Source: Chloroflexota bacterium (lineage in GTDB: Bacteria > Chloroflexota > Dehalococcoidia > Lucifugimonadales > Lucifugimonadaceae). From it: a DNA stretch of 64,000 nucleotides. Of the stretch, positions 1 through 9,817 are shown piece after piece. Within the stretch, counting starts at the first letter, position 1; each line of letters opens with the position of its first letter. Location: contig JAYQWG010000006.1 of assembly GCA_038150225.1 (NCBI GenBank), forward strand, positions 1,092-65,091. Reading direction: 5' to 3'. The translations under genes were made by a program, and so were the position numbers. Below the pieces are notes generated by a model. The model did not search any database, was not told the DNA's origin, and saw only the letters and a program-made list of their open reading frames with translations.

Positions 1-452
1 TTGGCATCCGCTACACAGGCATCAATGTCGTCAGCTGGTGCGACGTGAGAGTAGATCGGGACAGCGTCGCGCATCTTGCCGCCAAGCAGATCCCATACTG
101 GTCGACCGAGGGCCTTGCCCTTGATGTCCCACAACGCCATGTCGATTCCACTTGCGAGCGTGGTTCCAAATCCACGTGAGCCCAGCGTGCCGAACCGGCG
201 ATAGATGCGGTGCCAGATTGCATCAATATCACGTGGGTCCAGACCGACGAGTCCTTCTGAAAAATCCTGACCTTCCAGGTCGTTCTTGAGCATTTCGTAC
301 GCACGCCCAACAACAAGCGCACCACCACCACCTGAATTCGTCGACTCACCAACTCCTGTGATGCCCTCGTCAGTGTCGATTTCAACGAATACCCAGGATC
401 GGTTGCTGTTTCCGGGGCGGGTCAAATAAACCCGTAGGTCAGTGATTTTCAA
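1..452 (-). CDS. Enolase-superfamily enzyme (mandelate racemase / muconate lactonizing enzyme family), N-terminal ~150 codons; 3' end lies outside the window
   Basis: Absent from the ORF track because no stop falls in the window. My reverse-strand translation from TTG 452..450 gives (M)KITDLRVYLTRPGNSNRSWVFVEIDTDEGITGVGES...LASGIDMALWDIKGKALGRPVWDLLGGKMRDAVPIYSH. This is the typical capping-domain start of the family and resembles the other paralogs here. GGAG lies 8 nt upstream of the TTG. The listed ORF 11..385(-) is an overlapping wrong-frame ORF. Confidence 0.8.
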   Translation of the reverse strand, partial: MKITDLRVYLTRPGNSNRSWVFVEIDTDEGITGVGESTNSGGGGALVVGRAYEMLKNDLEGQDFSEGLVGLDPRDIDAIWHRIYRRFGTLGSRGFGTTLASGIDMALWDIKGKALGRPVWDLLGGKMRDAVPIYSHVAPADDIDACVADA

Positions 453-586
453 CTTCGTTACTCCAGTGGTGAGGTAAATCGCCCGACGCCTGTTTTGCGA
501 GCAGGATGGTACACCCGCCAGAATGGTAGACTCCGGCAGAATTTTTCGAATCAGACCCGAATATTGAGAACTGTTCTCGATATCTA

Positions 587-1534
587 TTGGACTGTCAACG
601 CAGGAACGTAAACCCAATGAGATTTTGCTACGCCCACAGGCGGTTCACCCTGTATCCACAATCTGTGGACAGCTGGAACCTTTCACCCGAAAACTACGCG
701 GACGACTTCCTAGCCAAAACAAAGAGCCTTGGCTTTGACGCTATTGAAGTTGGTCTCGAAGTAATGACCCAGCTTGGCTCAGAGCAGAACGTCAAAGAAT
801 TTGTGAAGAAGTTCAATGGCCATGGACTCGAAGTAGGCTGCATCCGCTCAGGCGGAACATTGCATGATGCGATGAATGGTCCAAAAAACCGCGAACGACT
901 AAATGAGTCGATCAAATACGCAGCCTGGAGTGGGGCAGAAGTCGTTAATGGCGCAATGAGTGCTCCAACTCGCCATCCTGAGGACTTTCCAGGGACGGGA
1001 AGTGGTTACCCAAGCAGTCAGGACGCTTCGCGAGACAGCATGCTGAGGGTTTACGAAGACCTCGCTCCTGTACTGCAGGACGCGTGTGCGAAGGCTTCCG
1101 ACGCGGGAACGAACATCACCGTTGAGGTCCACCAGAATTCACCAGTAGACAACTCATGGTCAGCATTGCTGCTCCACGGTCTTGTCGATCGACCGAACTT
1201 TGGCATCAACCCTGACATAGGAAACGTGCTCTGGACATACGACGTTCCTGAGGAAAACTTCGACGATTCAATAGATGCGCTGGCACCGGTTTCTAAGTAC
1301 TGGCACTGCAAGAACTTGCACACGGTTTACCACGCAGAAAACAACAGGTCAGTGTTCATCCGGGTGCCTCTTCCGGACGGTGAAATTGACTACAGGTACG
1401 CGATTTCAGCGATGCATAATGCCGGCTACTCGGGGTACATGACTATCGAAGGTGCCTGGGCTGGAGATCAATGGCATCAGGACGCCAAATCGATCAACTA
1501 TGCGAAGGCAATTTGGGACGAACTCGAATCGTAA
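587..1534 (+). CDS. Sugar phosphate isomerase/epimerase (xylose isomerase-like TIM barrel) family protein
   Basis: 315-aa ORF with LGFDAIEVGLE, ITVEVHQNSP, INPDIGN and YMTIEGAW stretches typical of this TIM-barrel fold. The start is either TTG 587 or ATG 617 (AGGAA about 10 nt upstream). Confidence 0.7.
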   Translation: MDCQRRNVNPMRFCYAHRRFTLYPQSVDSWNLSPENYADDFLAKTKSLGFDAIEVGLEVMTQLGSEQNVKEFVKKFNGHGLEVGCIRSGGTLHDAMNGPKNRERLNESIKYAAWSGAEVVNGAMSAPTRHPEDFPGTGSGYPSSQDASRDSMLRVYEDLAPVLQDACAKASDAGTNITVEVHQNSPVDNSWSALLLHGLVDRPNFGINPDIGNVLWTYDVPEENFDDSIDALAPVSKYWHCKNLHTVYHAENNRSVFIRVPLPDGEIDYRYAISAMHNAGYSGYMTIEGAWAGDQWHQDAKSINYAKAIWDELES

Positions 1535-1555
1535 TCTGAGCCGAAATCGATATGT

Positions 1556-1587
1556 AAAAAGCCCTGCAAGTGAGCGGGGCTTTTTCA
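1556..1587 (+). terminator. Rho-independent terminator after the isomerase gene
   Basis: A 7-bp stem pairs 1561..1567 with 1574..1580 (one G-U). The loop is 6 nt, followed by TTTTT at 1581..1585. Confidence 0.6.
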
Positions 1588-1816
1588 TTTGCCTGAAATC
1601 ACTTTGAGGGATACCCCTCAAGACACGTAACCGTGTACCAGAGATCATGCATATAGGGGCAAATTCCAAACGAGGGGTACGGGCATGAGACGCAACCGGT
1701 CACATCAATTTATTGCGGCGATCAAGGCGAGCAGAGAGCAACGCTCGAATCCAATTCTGCCTGTCTCTCTTTTCGTAGCGATGGTATTTGCTACAGCGTT
1801 CTTGGGCTGACCCAAT

Positions 1817-3106
1817 TTAACTGGTCTCTGTTGGTTGGGTTTCGTCCTCCACAGGCCGAGCGAGCAGCAGCGCCACAATCCCAAGCACGAAGATCCCCAC
1901 GACTACCAGGAAAGTGGAATCGAAAGATCCGGAGTTATCGTGCAATTTTCCTGCCATGAACGGTGCCCCGGAGCTTGAAGCGATCATTGCAACCTGCATT
2001 ACTCCCATGATGGCTCCGAAGTGCTTCATTCCGAAGGATTCCTGAACGACCAGCACGATCAGTGCCCCTAGCCCACCAAAGCCAAGCCCAAACACAAAGA
2101 TTCCGACCCACAGAAGTGCGTGTAGGTCAGATAGGGCAATGAACAGCACTCCGATCGCTTGTAGCGATACGGAAATTACTGTAGCTATTCGTGCCGTAAT
2201 CTTTTCGCTAGCACGACCGAACGCCAGTTTAGAACCAATACCCATGCCCGCGATTATGCTGACCGCGGTCGTTGCGACAGCAGGCTCGAATCCGCTCTCT
2301 TCGAAGTGCTGGCGTAGCTGAGTCAGCACTCCCTGGTAGGTGAACGTCGCGGCTACCAGACCTATCGTCACGAGCCAGAAATTAACGTTGTCAAACGCCT
2401 GCGAAACCGTGATTCCAGATCGGGCAGCTGCTTTCGCTATTCCAGTTTGATCTGCACGCCCTTTCCTGACCATTTCCTTTTCGACCTCGGTTTCGTCTTC
2501 TTGAATTACGATCAGCGCAACAAAAGCCAGGACTGCGATTAGGGTTCCAAAAGTCACGTACGCCATTTGCCAGCTAAGGGCAGCAATAACGGTTGCAGCA
2601 AGTGGAGGCATCGTGATCCCACCGAAATTATTACCAGCGACAACTGCACCCATGACTCGGCCGCGAGTTTTGGGGAACCATAATCCGACTATTTTTCCAG
2701 CCGGCATAATCGTTGCGCCTGGAAATCCTGCATATACCAGAGCACTGAACAGGTACCAGTGCCACAGTTCGCTAATAGCAGGTCTTAGTAGAAAACCCGA
2801 GGACATCAGTAGCAGTGATCCGAACATCACCGGGCGGATGCCGATCTTATCGCCTAGTCTTCCAACAAAAGGGGCAAGTATTCCGGATATGGCTGAGAAG
2901 ACGAGTGAATAGTTAAGCTCAGTCTGGCTCCAACCAAACTCTTCTTTAAGCGGGCCAGCGAATTCACCGAATGCGTACTGTGCCATCCCGACGGAAAAGC
3001 CAGTTGAGAGGAATACGACAACCGCGATCGGGTAACCGCGGTAAATAGAGCCGATGATCGGAACGTTCATTTTGAGTTGGCTCGCCGAATTTCTCGGATA
3101 GAACAA
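1817..3106 (-). CDS. MFS transporter
   Basis: 429-aa ORF made of many hydrophobic helices, with an MFS-type loop (GRLGDKIGIRP). ATG 3070 is an alternative to TTG 3106. Confidence 0.8.
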   Translation of the reverse strand: MFYPRNSASQLKMNVPIIGSIYRGYPIAVVVFLSTGFSVGMAQYAFGEFAGPLKEEFGWSQTELNYSLVFSAISGILAPFVGRLGDKIGIRPVMFGSLLLMSSGFLLRPAISELWHWYLFSALVYAGFPGATIMPAGKIVGLWFPKTRGRVMGAVVAGNNFGGITMPPLAATVIAALSWQMAYVTFGTLIAVLAFVALIVIQEDETEVEKEMVRKGRADQTGIAKAAARSGITVSQAFDNVNFWLVTIGLVAATFTYQGVLTQLRQHFEESGFEPAVATTAVSIIAGMGIGSKLAFGRASEKITARIATVISVSLQAIGVLFIALSDLHALLWVGIFVFGLGFGGLGALIVLVVQESFGMKHFGAIMGVMQVAMIASSSGAPFMAGKLHDNSGSFDSTFLVVVGIFVLGIVALLLARPVEDETQPTETS

Positions 3107-3258
3107 GGTTGCAGATAAATTCGGTTCAACTCGGCTGTATACTCCGCCCCGCGCAAGCAGACCATGGTGAAGCGGTCGACTTGCGCAGTGATTTGGTCAA
3201 GACGACCAAAACGGTAGCACTTGCCTGACCGGGAGTGTCGAGAATTTGGAGCTAATAA

Positions 3259-3978
3259 TTGCGATCAAGCAACATTCGCGCAGCAATTAACAACGGTACG
3301 AAAACGTACGGACTTACTGTGACTTTTCCTGAGCCAACCATTGGTGAATGGGCTGGCTACGCTGGGTTCGACGTGTTGCACCTCGACATGGAGCACGGTG
3401 TATTCGACTGGGAATCGGCGGAAATGATGGGTAGGGTCGCCGATATGCACGGAATGACTTGTACTGCTCGTGTTCCTAACACGGAGACCGACACCATTCT
3501 CAGGGCGTTCGACCGAGGTTTGATGGGGATTCTTTGTCCGCACGTTGACAACGTTGAACAGGCCGCGCGTATAGCGAAAGCTGCGAGATTCGGCCCTGAG
3601 GGTGAACGTTCTTTTGGGACCTCCCGTGGGCGTGACTACGGAATGCACAACATGACGCCGTCTGAGTACATGGCAGCTTTTAACCGGGAAGTAACTGTCG
3701 CAATTCAGATTGAGACCAGAAACGCCGTCGAAACGATTGAAGAAATTCTCGATGTCGAAGGCATCGACATGATCACGTTCGGTCCGCAAGACCTTGCACA
3801 GTCGATGGGGCACCCCGGACACCCGGAACACCCGGAAGTTACCGAAGCCATGGAAAGCGTGATTCAAGCGGTTCACGCGCGAGGGCGCTTGATGACCTCC
3901 GATGTCGAAAAAGGTATAAACCTCGTGCAATGGCTCCCTAGCCGATTGTCTGATTGGCTTTCCGAGGCCAAATCTTAA
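3259..3978 (+). CDS. HpcH/HpaI-family class II aldolase (2-keto-3-deoxy/4-hydroxy-2-oxo acid aldolase type)
   Basis: 239-aa ORF containing GEWAGYAGFDVLHLDMEHG, ARVPN and GILCPHVDNVEQA, typical of HpcH/HpaI aldolases. TTG start with GGAG 7 nt upstream. Confidence 0.75.
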   Translation: MRSSNIRAAINNGTKTYGLTVTFPEPTIGEWAGYAGFDVLHLDMEHGVFDWESAEMMGRVADMHGMTCTARVPNTETDTILRAFDRGLMGILCPHVDNVEQAARIAKAARFGPEGERSFGTSRGRDYGMHNMTPSEYMAAFNREVTVAIQIETRNAVETIEEILDVEGIDMITFGPQDLAQSMGHPGHPEHPEVTEAMESVIQAVHARGRLMTSDVEKGINLVQWLPSRLSDWLSEAKS

Positions 3979-3992
3979 GAATTGGAAATCGA

Positions 3993-4955
3993 ATGACCAC
4001 AGCAACTACTGAAACCAGGTTCGAGCCGGTCGCGGGCTGGGCGAAGCTCCCGATGGGAGTTACGTTCAAAGGTGACGCCACTTCGGTCGCTGTCGACTCG
4101 AAAGACAACGTCTATGTCTTCAATCGCGGTTCCGAACCTATCGCAGTTTTCGATACCGATGGGAACTTCTTGCGAGGGATGGGACACGGTGAGTTTGTGC
4201 GGCCGCACGGGATAGAGATAGATGCTGAAGACAACCTTTATCTTGTGGATGATGACGGGCACTTCGTCCAGAAGCGCACGAATGAAGGTGAGGTACTTTT
4301 CACCCTCGGTACTAAGGGCGAGCCTTGTGAGTGGCAGAGCGGCGGGATGTTCAACAGACCCACTGACATTGCTATTCATCCTGAGACCGGCGAACTATTC
4401 GTCTCAGACGGCTATGGCAACTCGCGGATCCACAAGTTCGACTCCGACGGAAATCACATCATGTCGTGGGGTGAACCGGGAACCGATCCTGGTCAGTTCA
4501 GCTTGCCGCATAACATCAGCATGATGGGCACTGACAAAGTAGTGGTTGCTGATCGTGAAAACTTTCGTCTCCAGGTGTTTTCCACCGATGGCGAGTTCGT
4601 TGAGCAAATCCACATTCATCACCCGATGTCTGTCACCGAAGGCAAGGGAAATGACAACGCGATCTATGTTGGAGAGATGATCCCCCCACCAGTTCAGCAG
4701 GGAGTGCCAAATCTTGGCGCGATGATCGCCGTGCTTTCGCCGGATGGTGAATTCCAGCAGCACCTCGGTGGTCCAACACCAGGCGCTGGAGTCGCTCAGT
4801 TCACAGCACCTCACGGAATCTCTACTGATTCACAAGGTTCCATTTACGCAGCGGAAGTAGCTTGGACGAACTATTTCTCACGGCCTGAGAACTCTGGCAC
4901 TGAGGAGATTCCGCTCGGAGAAATTGTGAGCTTGAGAAAGTGGCGTCGGGTTTAA
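3993..4955 (+). CDS. NHL-repeat six-bladed beta-propeller, peptidyl-alpha-hydroxyglycine alpha-amidating lyase (PAL)-like, copy 1
   Basis: The ORF track gives 3954..4955. I place the start at ATG 3993 (MTTATTETRFEPVAGW). Motifs present: VFNRG, FVRPHGIEID, SDGYGNSRIHKF, FSLPHNISM, ADRENFRLQVF and FTAPHGIS. No signal peptide. Confidence 0.75.
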   Translation: MTTATTETRFEPVAGWAKLPMGVTFKGDATSVAVDSKDNVYVFNRGSEPIAVFDTDGNFLRGMGHGEFVRPHGIEIDAEDNLYLVDDDGHFVQKRTNEGEVLFTLGTKGEPCEWQSGGMFNRPTDIAIHPETGELFVSDGYGNSRIHKFDSDGNHIMSWGEPGTDPGQFSLPHNISMMGTDKVVVADRENFRLQVFSTDGEFVEQIHIHHPMSVTEGKGNDNAIYVGEMIPPPVQQGVPNLGAMIAVLSPDGEFQQHLGGPTPGAGVAQFTAPHGISTDSQGSIYAAEVAWTNYFSRPENSGTEEIPLGEIVSLRKWRRV

Positions 4956-4997
4956 CGACGAGCGCCAACACCAACAGATTTCAAGACAGGTAGAAAT

Positions 4998-5945
4998 ATG
5001 GTCAACGCAGCAACATCAAATACTGTTTACGAGCCGGTTCCGTACTGGGCAAAACTCCCTCACCCAATGTTCTTCAAAGAAGCTACATCGGTGGCTGTAG
5101 ACTCACAGGACAACGTCTACGTATTCAATCGGGGCGATCACCCTGTAATCATCTTCGATAAAGAAGGTAATTTCATCGAGACCTGGGGTGCAGGCGAATT
5201 CGTACGACCGCACGGAATAACGCTTGATGCCGATGACAATCTTTATCTTGCTGACGATGACGCCCACATGATCGAGAAGCGGACTAAGGAAGGCAAGCTC
5301 CTATTCCGGTTAGGTGAAAAGGGTAAACCGGCTGCTTGGCAGGATGGGGATCCGTTCAACCGCCCAACACACGTTGCGATTCAGCCAGAAACGGGTGATC
5401 TGTTCATTTCCGACGGTTACGGGAACTCTCGTGTTCACAAATACGACACCGACGGGAACTACATCAAGTCCTGGGGTGAGCCGGGATCGCTTGAAGGCCA
5501 GTTCTCTTTGCCGCACAACATTGCAATGAATGGCACCGACAAAGTGACCGTGTGTGACCGAGAAAATTTCCGATTGCAAACTTTCACCACCGACGGTGAA
5601 TTCGTGAACCAAATTCACTCCCACAGACCAATCGCCATTACTGATGGCAAGGGTGACGATACGAATCTTTACGTCGCTGAGGCCGGACCACCGCCAGTAC
5701 AAGAAGGTGTTCGGAGACTCGGTCGACGAGTCGTCGTGATGGACCGAGAGGGGAATGAGGTCACGCGCTTCGGTAATGAGCTAGGCGGTGAAGATCACGA
5801 CCAGTTCATCGCACCGCACGCCCTGGCAGTGGATTCTGAAGGCTCTGTATACGTCGCCGAGGTCTCGTACACGGCATTCGGGTCGCAGCAAGACCCTGTA
5901 CGTGAGGTCACGAGCCTGCGGAAGTGGCGCCGAGTAAGCGGATAA
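4998..5945 (+). CDS. NHL-repeat PAL-like beta-propeller, copy 2
   Basis: 315-aa ORF, a close paralog of copy 1. Motifs: VFNRG, FVRPHGITLD, SDGYGNSRVHKY, FSLPHNIAM, CDRENFRLQTF and FIAPHALAVD. Confidence 0.8.
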   Translation: MVNAATSNTVYEPVPYWAKLPHPMFFKEATSVAVDSQDNVYVFNRGDHPVIIFDKEGNFIETWGAGEFVRPHGITLDADDNLYLADDDAHMIEKRTKEGKLLFRLGEKGKPAAWQDGDPFNRPTHVAIQPETGDLFISDGYGNSRVHKYDTDGNYIKSWGEPGSLEGQFSLPHNIAMNGTDKVTVCDRENFRLQTFTTDGEFVNQIHSHRPIAITDGKGDDTNLYVAEAGPPPVQEGVRRLGRRVVVMDREGNEVTRFGNELGGEDHDQFIAPHALAVDSEGSVYVAEVSYTAFGSQQDPVREVTSLRKWRRVSG

Positions 5946-5961
5946 ACGCTCGCTATTCGGA

Positions 5962-6417
5962 TCAGGAAGGGTCGCTGTGGTTGCCACGCGACCAAATCCT
6001 GATCGCTCTCCCGTGCTCATCGTAGTGCAAGATTGATCGTTCATCGATCATCTTTCGAAGTGGGTCATCAGGTTCAAAGAACGCGCTTGGTGCTTTGGCA
6101 AGTTCATCACGTAACGCGCGGTGAGTTTGCTCCATCTCTTGAAGAATCTGACGAGGGTTAAGTTCTTGTTTACTCTGGCGTGCCGATTCGTTGAAATTGG
6201 TGACGTCGCCAACCGGTTCTATTTGACCACGGTCGAGAGCGGTAACAAGTTCCCACTCCCACGTCGTGACATGCCCAATTAGATCGGCAATCGTGTAGTC
6301 ACCGTGAACACCTGTTTGGTTCATATCTTCGGTGACTAGATTGTTCAAGCTGTTCCTGAACTGACGCCAACTGTCGTCGACAGCAGCGAGAACAGCACTT
6401 TTCCGATCTTTCAACAT
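5962..6417 (-). CDS. DinB-like four-helix-bundle protein (DinB/ClbS-type fold)
   Basis: 151-aa ORF with YTIADLIGHVTTWEWE near the N-terminus and ILHYDEHGRAI near the C-terminus. These resemble the DinB-family His motifs. The family call is tentative. Confidence 0.5.
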   Translation of the reverse strand: MLKDRKSAVLAAVDDSWRQFRNSLNNLVTEDMNQTGVHGDYTIADLIGHVTTWEWELVTALDRGQIEPVGDVTNFNESARQSKQELNPRQILQEMEQTHRALRDELAKAPSAFFEPDDPLRKMIDERSILHYDEHGRAIRIWSRGNHSDPS

Positions 6418-6504
6418 TCACTCCGTACATGAAATTCATTGACAGCATACGTCACCGGTAATACGTTGGCGAACGGACAGACAAATAGTGTTGGTAGGAC
6501 AAAA

Positions 6505-7398
6505 ATGACCACTGTTGGAGAAGGTAAATACACATACGAAGTCGACCGCGATTGGCTCAGGCACAAGCCAGCATTTTGGGAGCTTGGACAGTGCGCTGAT
6601 GTCGGTGTCGATTCTCAAGACAGGGTCTGGTTGTTCAGTCGTTCGAAGCACCCGGTCACATGTTGGACCGCTGATGGAAACTTTATTGGTTCATGGGGCG
6701 ATCATGGCAACGAGCCGGGTGAATTTCGAGTTCCCCATGGCGTTTACATCGATCCAGAAGACAACATTTGGCTAGCCGACCACCAGACACACCAGGTGAC
6801 CAAACACAACGAGAATGGTGATGTACTCATGGAGCTCGGCGTTCATGGTTACGCCAATATCACCGTGACAACCACGAACGAACAAGGTGCGCCGTTCAAT
6901 ATGCCGACAGGACTGGCTCGATCGTCCGATGGAAAGCTGTTTGTCTCCGACGGATATGCGAACCGTCGCGTCCACAGATTCAGTGCTGACGGTGAGTTGG
7001 AACACTCGTGGGGCGAGGCAGGGAAAGGTCCTGGTCAGTTTTCGATTCTGCACAAGGTTGGCATCGACAAGAATGACCGCGTCTACATATGTGACCGAGA
7101 AAACAATCGAATCCAGATATTCGATACCGATGGCAATTACATCACCGAGTGGAACGATCTTGTTGGTCCCGGTGACGTCTTCTTCGACGACGATGTCGCT
7201 TATGTTGTCGAACAAGGTGGTGGTAACGGCGTATCGATCTGGACGCTTGACGGAGAACTAATTACCCGCTGGCGCGGTAATGCGGACGCTTGCCAGGCGG
7301 CCCACGGTGGCTGGTTCGACTCAAACGGAAACCTGTATGTGGCAGAAATTGGCGAACTGGGCAGGGGACAGCGGGTCACAAAGTTTTCAAGGATCTAA
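6505..7398 (+). CDS. NHL-repeat PAL-like beta-propeller, copy 3 (divergent)
   Basis: The ORF track gives 6439..7398. ATG 6505 (MTTVGEGKYTYEV) aligns with the starts of copies 1 and 2. Motifs: LFSRS, FRVPHGVYID, SDGYANRRVHRF, FSILHKVGID, CDRENNRIQIF and QAAHGGWFD. Confidence 0.75.
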   Translation: MTTVGEGKYTYEVDRDWLRHKPAFWELGQCADVGVDSQDRVWLFSRSKHPVTCWTADGNFIGSWGDHGNEPGEFRVPHGVYIDPEDNIWLADHQTHQVTKHNENGDVLMELGVHGYANITVTTTNEQGAPFNMPTGLARSSDGKLFVSDGYANRRVHRFSADGELEHSWGEAGKGPGQFSILHKVGIDKNDRVYICDRENNRIQIFDTDGNYITEWNDLVGPGDVFFDDDVAYVVEQGGGNGVSIWTLDGELITRWRGNADACQAAHGGWFDSNGNLYVAEIGELGRGQRVTKFSRI

Positions 7399-7850
7399 GA
7401 ATCTGAATCAGTGCCAGGGCAATCGTGTTCCTGACCTGATAGAACCAGATGAGTTGCGTTCACGTGGAATCCGTGTTGTTCGTGCACTTCTGATATGAAG
7501 CGTTGAACCAACTCGTCGTCTAACGCGAGGGTTCTACCGCAGCCGACGCACTGTAGGTGGTGATGGTTCGACTGGTTAATCCATTCGAACACCGTGTCAC
7601 CGGGGCTCATACGTGATTCGGCGACTAGTCCAACTCCACGAAGGTCTGAGAGCACTCTATAGACAGTCGATTGGTCGTATGAGGCTCCGTTGGTTCTTAG
7701 GAGTTCGATGACTTCTGCAACCGTCATGTGTCCCGGTGTGTTTTGCAGGATATCGATTACATCACGCCGCGCTGGAGTGGCGCGTAGACCCGAGCCTCGC
7801 AGAAGGTCGGCTGTTGATTGGGACGATTCGTTGTGTGCGTGGTTGTCCAT
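7395..7850 (-). CDS. Fur-family transcriptional regulator (Fur/Zur/PerR type)
   Basis: Contains RATPARRDVIDIL...MTVAEVIELL...STVYRVLSDL (winged helix), then HHHLQCVGCG and a C-terminal HDCP. ATG 7850 is preferred over TTG 7874. The 3' end overlaps the PAL-like copy 3 stop by 4 nt. Confidence 0.8.
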   Translation of the reverse strand: MDNHAHNESSQSTADLLRGSGLRATPARRDVIDILQNTPGHMTVAEVIELLRTNGASYDQSTVYRVLSDLRGVGLVAESRMSPGDTVFEWINQSNHHHLQCVGCGRTLALDDELVQRFISEVHEQHGFHVNATHLVLSGQEHDCPGTDSDS

Positions 7851-7923
7851 TGCCTGATTTGAATTTAAGTACAAAAAAGCTCCTGATAAATCTCAGGGGC
7901 TTTCAAATTCTTTTGGGCTCTAA

Positions 7924-9495
7924 CTAGGCGAGAAGCTCGCGTAATTCGGCAACGTGTGCGTCACCGCGCAAGCGACCGAGAGCTTTTCGCTCGATCTGTC
8001 GGATTCGTTCACGAGTTAGATTGAGCTCGCCACCGATCTCTTCGAGAGTTCGAGGTCGGCCGTCAAACAACCCAAACCGAAGTTCTAGAACTCGGCGCTC
8101 TCGCTCTTGGAGGTGACTGAGAACCTGATCAACCTGCTCTCTCATGGACGACTGGGCTGCTACGTCAGCAGGAGCCGGAGCAGATGAGTCCTGAATCAGG
8201 TCACCCAACTCGTTTTCGGCATCTTCACCAATTGGAGTTTCGAGTGACACAGGTTCCTGCGACATCTGGAGAATTTCAGAAACACGGTCGATTGGAAGTT
8301 CAACTCGCTCTGACAGCTCCTCAACGGTAGGTTCTCGGTTCAATTGCTGACCGAGCTCACGTCGTGCACGCATGATTTTGTTGAGAGTCTCAACAACGTG
8401 AACAGGAATACGAATGGTTCGTGCCTGGTCTGCGATTGCTCGGGTGATTCCCTGTCGGATCCACCATGTTGCGTACGTGGAGAACTTAAATCCTTTACGG
8501 AAGTCGAATTTCTCGATGGCACGCATCAGACCAATGTTGCCTTCCTGAATCAGGTCAAGCATCGACAAACCACGGTTCAAGTGCTTTTTCGCGACGCTCA
8601 CTACAAGTCGAAGGTTTGCTTCGCCAAGGTGACGTCGAGCCTTCTCACCTTCTTCACGCACACGCATCAGATGTGCATTCAAGACCGAGGTGAGTGGCTG
8701 CAGTGCTGCAATGAAGTCTGGTTTGACGATTTCATCAGGTAAATCGTTCAGTACGGGGTTCAATCCGAGAATTTCTACAGTGTCTGGAGCGAGCAATCGA
8801 GAAAGAACCGACAGCTCAACAACGAGGTTGTGGGCTTCATCGGGCTCGACTCCAAGCGCATCTGACAGGTAGTTGATTAGTTCGTCTTCGCGCTTGCTGT
8901 CAACGAGGGCACGGAATTCTGGGTTCGTAAGCGCGTCACCAAGGGTGACTGGAACATCGAGACCGAGGTACTTAGCGATTGCGGAGGCTGTGTCGCCAAC
9001 AGGACCAAGCTTAGTAAGGATTTCGGTAATGATTGTGAATGGATCAGGGGTTCCGACTTCAATGTCGCCCATGATCTCTTTCTCAATCGCTTCGAGTCTC
9101 TGTGCTAGTTCAACGGCCCTCGCAAGAACAACTTCATCAGCTGCCGTGAGAAGTGCAACGCGACCGATCTCCCGAAGATACATTCGAACTGTGTCTTCAG
9201 TTAATTCCGATTCCTGGACTTCCTGAGCGAGATTATTCGCCGCGGTTGAAGACTCTGAAGCTCTTGCGGCTTCCCACATATCCAGCTCGGATCGTGTTAC
9301 CGCAGTCGCACCGCTTTCGGTGTCTTGGTTTGCTTCGTCTTCAGTGCCTTCCATGCGTGTAAAGGCAGTGGTGTAACCGGTGTCTCCGTCGAGAGCTGCG
9401 GTCACGTCATTCAAATCTGCGTCCGACGAGCGTCGCTTTTGAACCAACTCTAGTTCCTTTCGGGCATTTAGTGCCCGGCCCCTCTCCCTGAGCAT
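7924..9495 (-). CDS. rpoD: Primary RNA polymerase sigma factor (sigma-70 family, RpoD)
   Basis: 523-aa ORF with region 2 ([31 protein letters not shown]) and region 4 ([18 protein letters not shown]), plus an acidic N-terminal extension. Confidence 0.93.
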   Translation of the reverse strand: MLRERGRALNARKELELVQKRRSSDADLNDVTAALDGDTGYTTAFTRMEGTEDEANQDTESGATAVTRSELDMWEAARASESSTAANNLAQEVQESELTEDTVRMYLREIGRVALLTAADEVVLARAVELAQRLEAIEKEIMGDIEVGTPDPFTIITEILTKLGPVGDTASAIAKYLGLDVPVTLGDALTNPEFRALVDSKREDELINYLSDALGVEPDEAHNLVVELSVLSRLLAPDTVEILGLNPVLNDLPDEIVKPDFIAALQPLTSVLNAHLMRVREEGEKARRHLGEANLRLVVSVAKKHLNRGLSMLDLIQEGNIGLMRAIEKFDFRKGFKFSTYATWWIRQGITRAIADQARTIRIPVHVVETLNKIMRARRELGQQLNREPTVEELSERVELPIDRVSEILQMSQEPVSLETPIGEDAENELGDLIQDSSAPAPADVAAQSSMREQVDQVLSHLQERERRVLELRFGLFDGRPRTLEEIGGELNLTRERIRQIERKALGRLRGDAHVAELRELLA

Positions 9496-9817
9496 TCAAG
9501 CGCGGTTGCCTGACTTGCCAGGAATTGGAATGTGCTTAGTGCTTCTCGCTATGCCTCGTAACTCCAGCCTGCTACAAAGCAGCGAGTGGTGAGAATGGTG
9601 GCGAACACATAAGTGTTAGATGTGTGTTTATCTAATAACTATGGTCTTACCAATCATTCTCCGTGTCGTACTGAATACGCCAACCGACCTTGTATTCTAC
9701 GGCATTACCCCCCTATTCTAAAAGGGGGTAAGCCAACGAAATTACGATATTCGTAAACATTCGAGTGTTATTCAGGCAAATAGAGCGAAATTTTCGATGT
9801 TCGCTCGCTTGAATCTG

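Noticed and set aside
11-385. 124-aa ORF listed on the minus strand at the window start
   Set aside because: It is the wrong frame. A different minus-strand frame over the same bases encodes a clean enolase-superfamily N-terminus running off the window edge. The listed product has no recognisable features.
3265-4005. 246-aa ORF antisense to the HpcH-type aldolase
   Set aside because: This is a shadow ORF. The opposite strand has clear family motifs. This product is Arg/Ser/Val-rich with no recognisable domain.
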